The position numbers were made by a program, and so were the translations under genes. A stretch of DNA of 63,660 nucleotides, the filler included, from Octopus bimaculoides (taxonomy: Eukaryota), in assembly GCF_001194135.2 (NCBI RefSeq). It is 5 parts of 5 records of this genome, joined end to end, with 100 filler letters (N's around TTAATTAATTAA, not from the genome) between each part and the next. Parts side by side here need not be neighbours in the genome. Positions count along the whole stretch, not along the records: positions 60,152 to 62,442 come from NC_069005.1; positions 62,543 to 63,660 come from NW_026347221.1; 3 more parts are not named here. One strand, written 5' to 3'. A model generated the notes under the pieces. That model saw only the letters and a list, made by a program, of their open reading frames with translations, searched no databases and was not told the origin of the DNA. Within the stretch, counting starts at the first letter, position 1; every line of letters begins with the position of its first letter. Shown here piece after piece: positions 62,367 to 63,660 of this stretch.

Positions 62367-62811
62367 TGTATGTATATATATATGTATATATATACATACA
62401 TACGGGTGTGCACATATATGCATGTGTAGGAACAAATCTTTTNNNNNNNNNNNNNNNNNNNNNNNNNNNNNNNNNNNNNNNNNNNNTTAATTAATTAANN
62501 NNNNNNNNNNNNNNNNNNNNNNNNNNNNNNNNNNNNNNNNNNCACACACTTACACAAACACACACACTCACGCACGCACATACACGTACATGTATATATA
62601 ACGTGTGTGTGTGTGTGTGTGTGTGCGTATGTACTTGCCCGTGTCTCATTCTTGAAATCAATAATACATTTATCTCTCGTCAGCTAGAAACACATCCCTC
62701 ACTTCCATCCTCACCGTATGCATACGTTCACCCATCAATAAATAGATAGAGAGATAGAGAGATAAATAGATAGATAGATAGATAGACAGATAGATAGGCA
62801 GATATATAGAC

Positions 62812-62858
<47 letters not shown>

Positions 62859-63492
62859 CAGATAGATAGATTTATGTATACATACATTCATACACACATA
62901 CATAACGTTATGCAGGCGCACATATATTCATATAAATTAATGCATGTCTACATAGATATACGCAGGCATTAATACAGACGTGATACACACAAATCTAAAT
63001 TCATACAAGCATACTGCTACAGTTATGCATCTGTACATACTTACTAAACAAATCGCGTTCATATCAGACACAATCAAATCAGACAATAATTGCATTAGCA
63101 GGAATACATTGTTTCGCATGAGCACACGTACACATCAATATATAAACACAAATACACACGTACGTACGTACATACATACATACATACGTGTGTGTATGAC
63201 TGTGTTTGTTCTGTGTGTGTGTGTGTGTGTGTGTGTGCGTGCGTGTGTGTGCGCGTGTGTGTGTAGGTGCGTACATATATATTTCAGAACACCAGTACAG
63301 ATACACACAACAGGCGCTGTAAATATGCACACATTCAAATGCTGTAATAGTTCTATCATTGCATTATATCGTAGAATCATAGATTACAAACACTTGCAGA
63401 TGATTGGTTACAGATAGGCACGTATGCTCTAACATACACACCCACACACACACACACATATATATATATTTACTCACATCCTTACATTTGAC

Positions 63493-63529
<37 letters not shown>

Positions 63530-63621
63530 CTGTGTATGTGCATATGTATACATGTATGTATATAGATAGATATACATATACATATGTGTAGATGTAACAT
63601 ATACATATATATATGGCCTCC

Positions 63622-63660
<39 letters not shown>
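60040..63660. repeat. Dense field of (CA)n, (TA)n, (GATA)n and (TACA)n microsatellites
   Basis: Direct reading. Comparable tracts at about 4845-4990, 7160-7700, 8390-8500, 35240-35580, 45010-45190, 54365-54640 and flanking most N gaps. Confidence 0.95.

Noticed and set aside
61576-62490. 304-aa His/Thr/Tyr-rich ORF and similar [16 protein letters not shown] ORFs
   Set aside because: Dinucleotide and tetranucleotide microsatellites lack stop codons in some frames; no protein signal.

Overview
AT-rich, microsatellite- and SINE-dense eukaryotic genomic DNA with many N gaps. The repeat landscape looks like an octopod cephalopod genome (inference, not checked against a database). Two genes are well supported and converge tail-to-tail. 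(1) The last coding exon of a sclerostin/SOSTDC1-like cystine-knot protein, + strand 117-541. (2) The 3' half of a LIV-1-type zinc transporter most similar to ZIP12/SLC39A12, - strand. I rebuilt it by hand as seven exons between 24082 and 19159, most absent from the ORF track. The frame-consistent model needs a non-canonical GC-AG intron and includes an optional 18-nt microexon whose acceptor abuts a SINE. The last intron holds a 103-bp-arm foldback element. The 5' exons of both genes were not found. The rest is decayed mobile DNA (L1/Tx1-like, CR1/L2-like, RTE-like and Penelope fragments, mariner remnants, hAT-like MITEs, several SINE families), simple repeats, four artificial TTAATTAATTAA scaffold joins and a few orphan candidate exons. 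I found no convincing wholly new biological system; the best leads concern splicing and RNA structure in the ZIP gene and the divergent LRP-binding loop of the sclerostin homolog.
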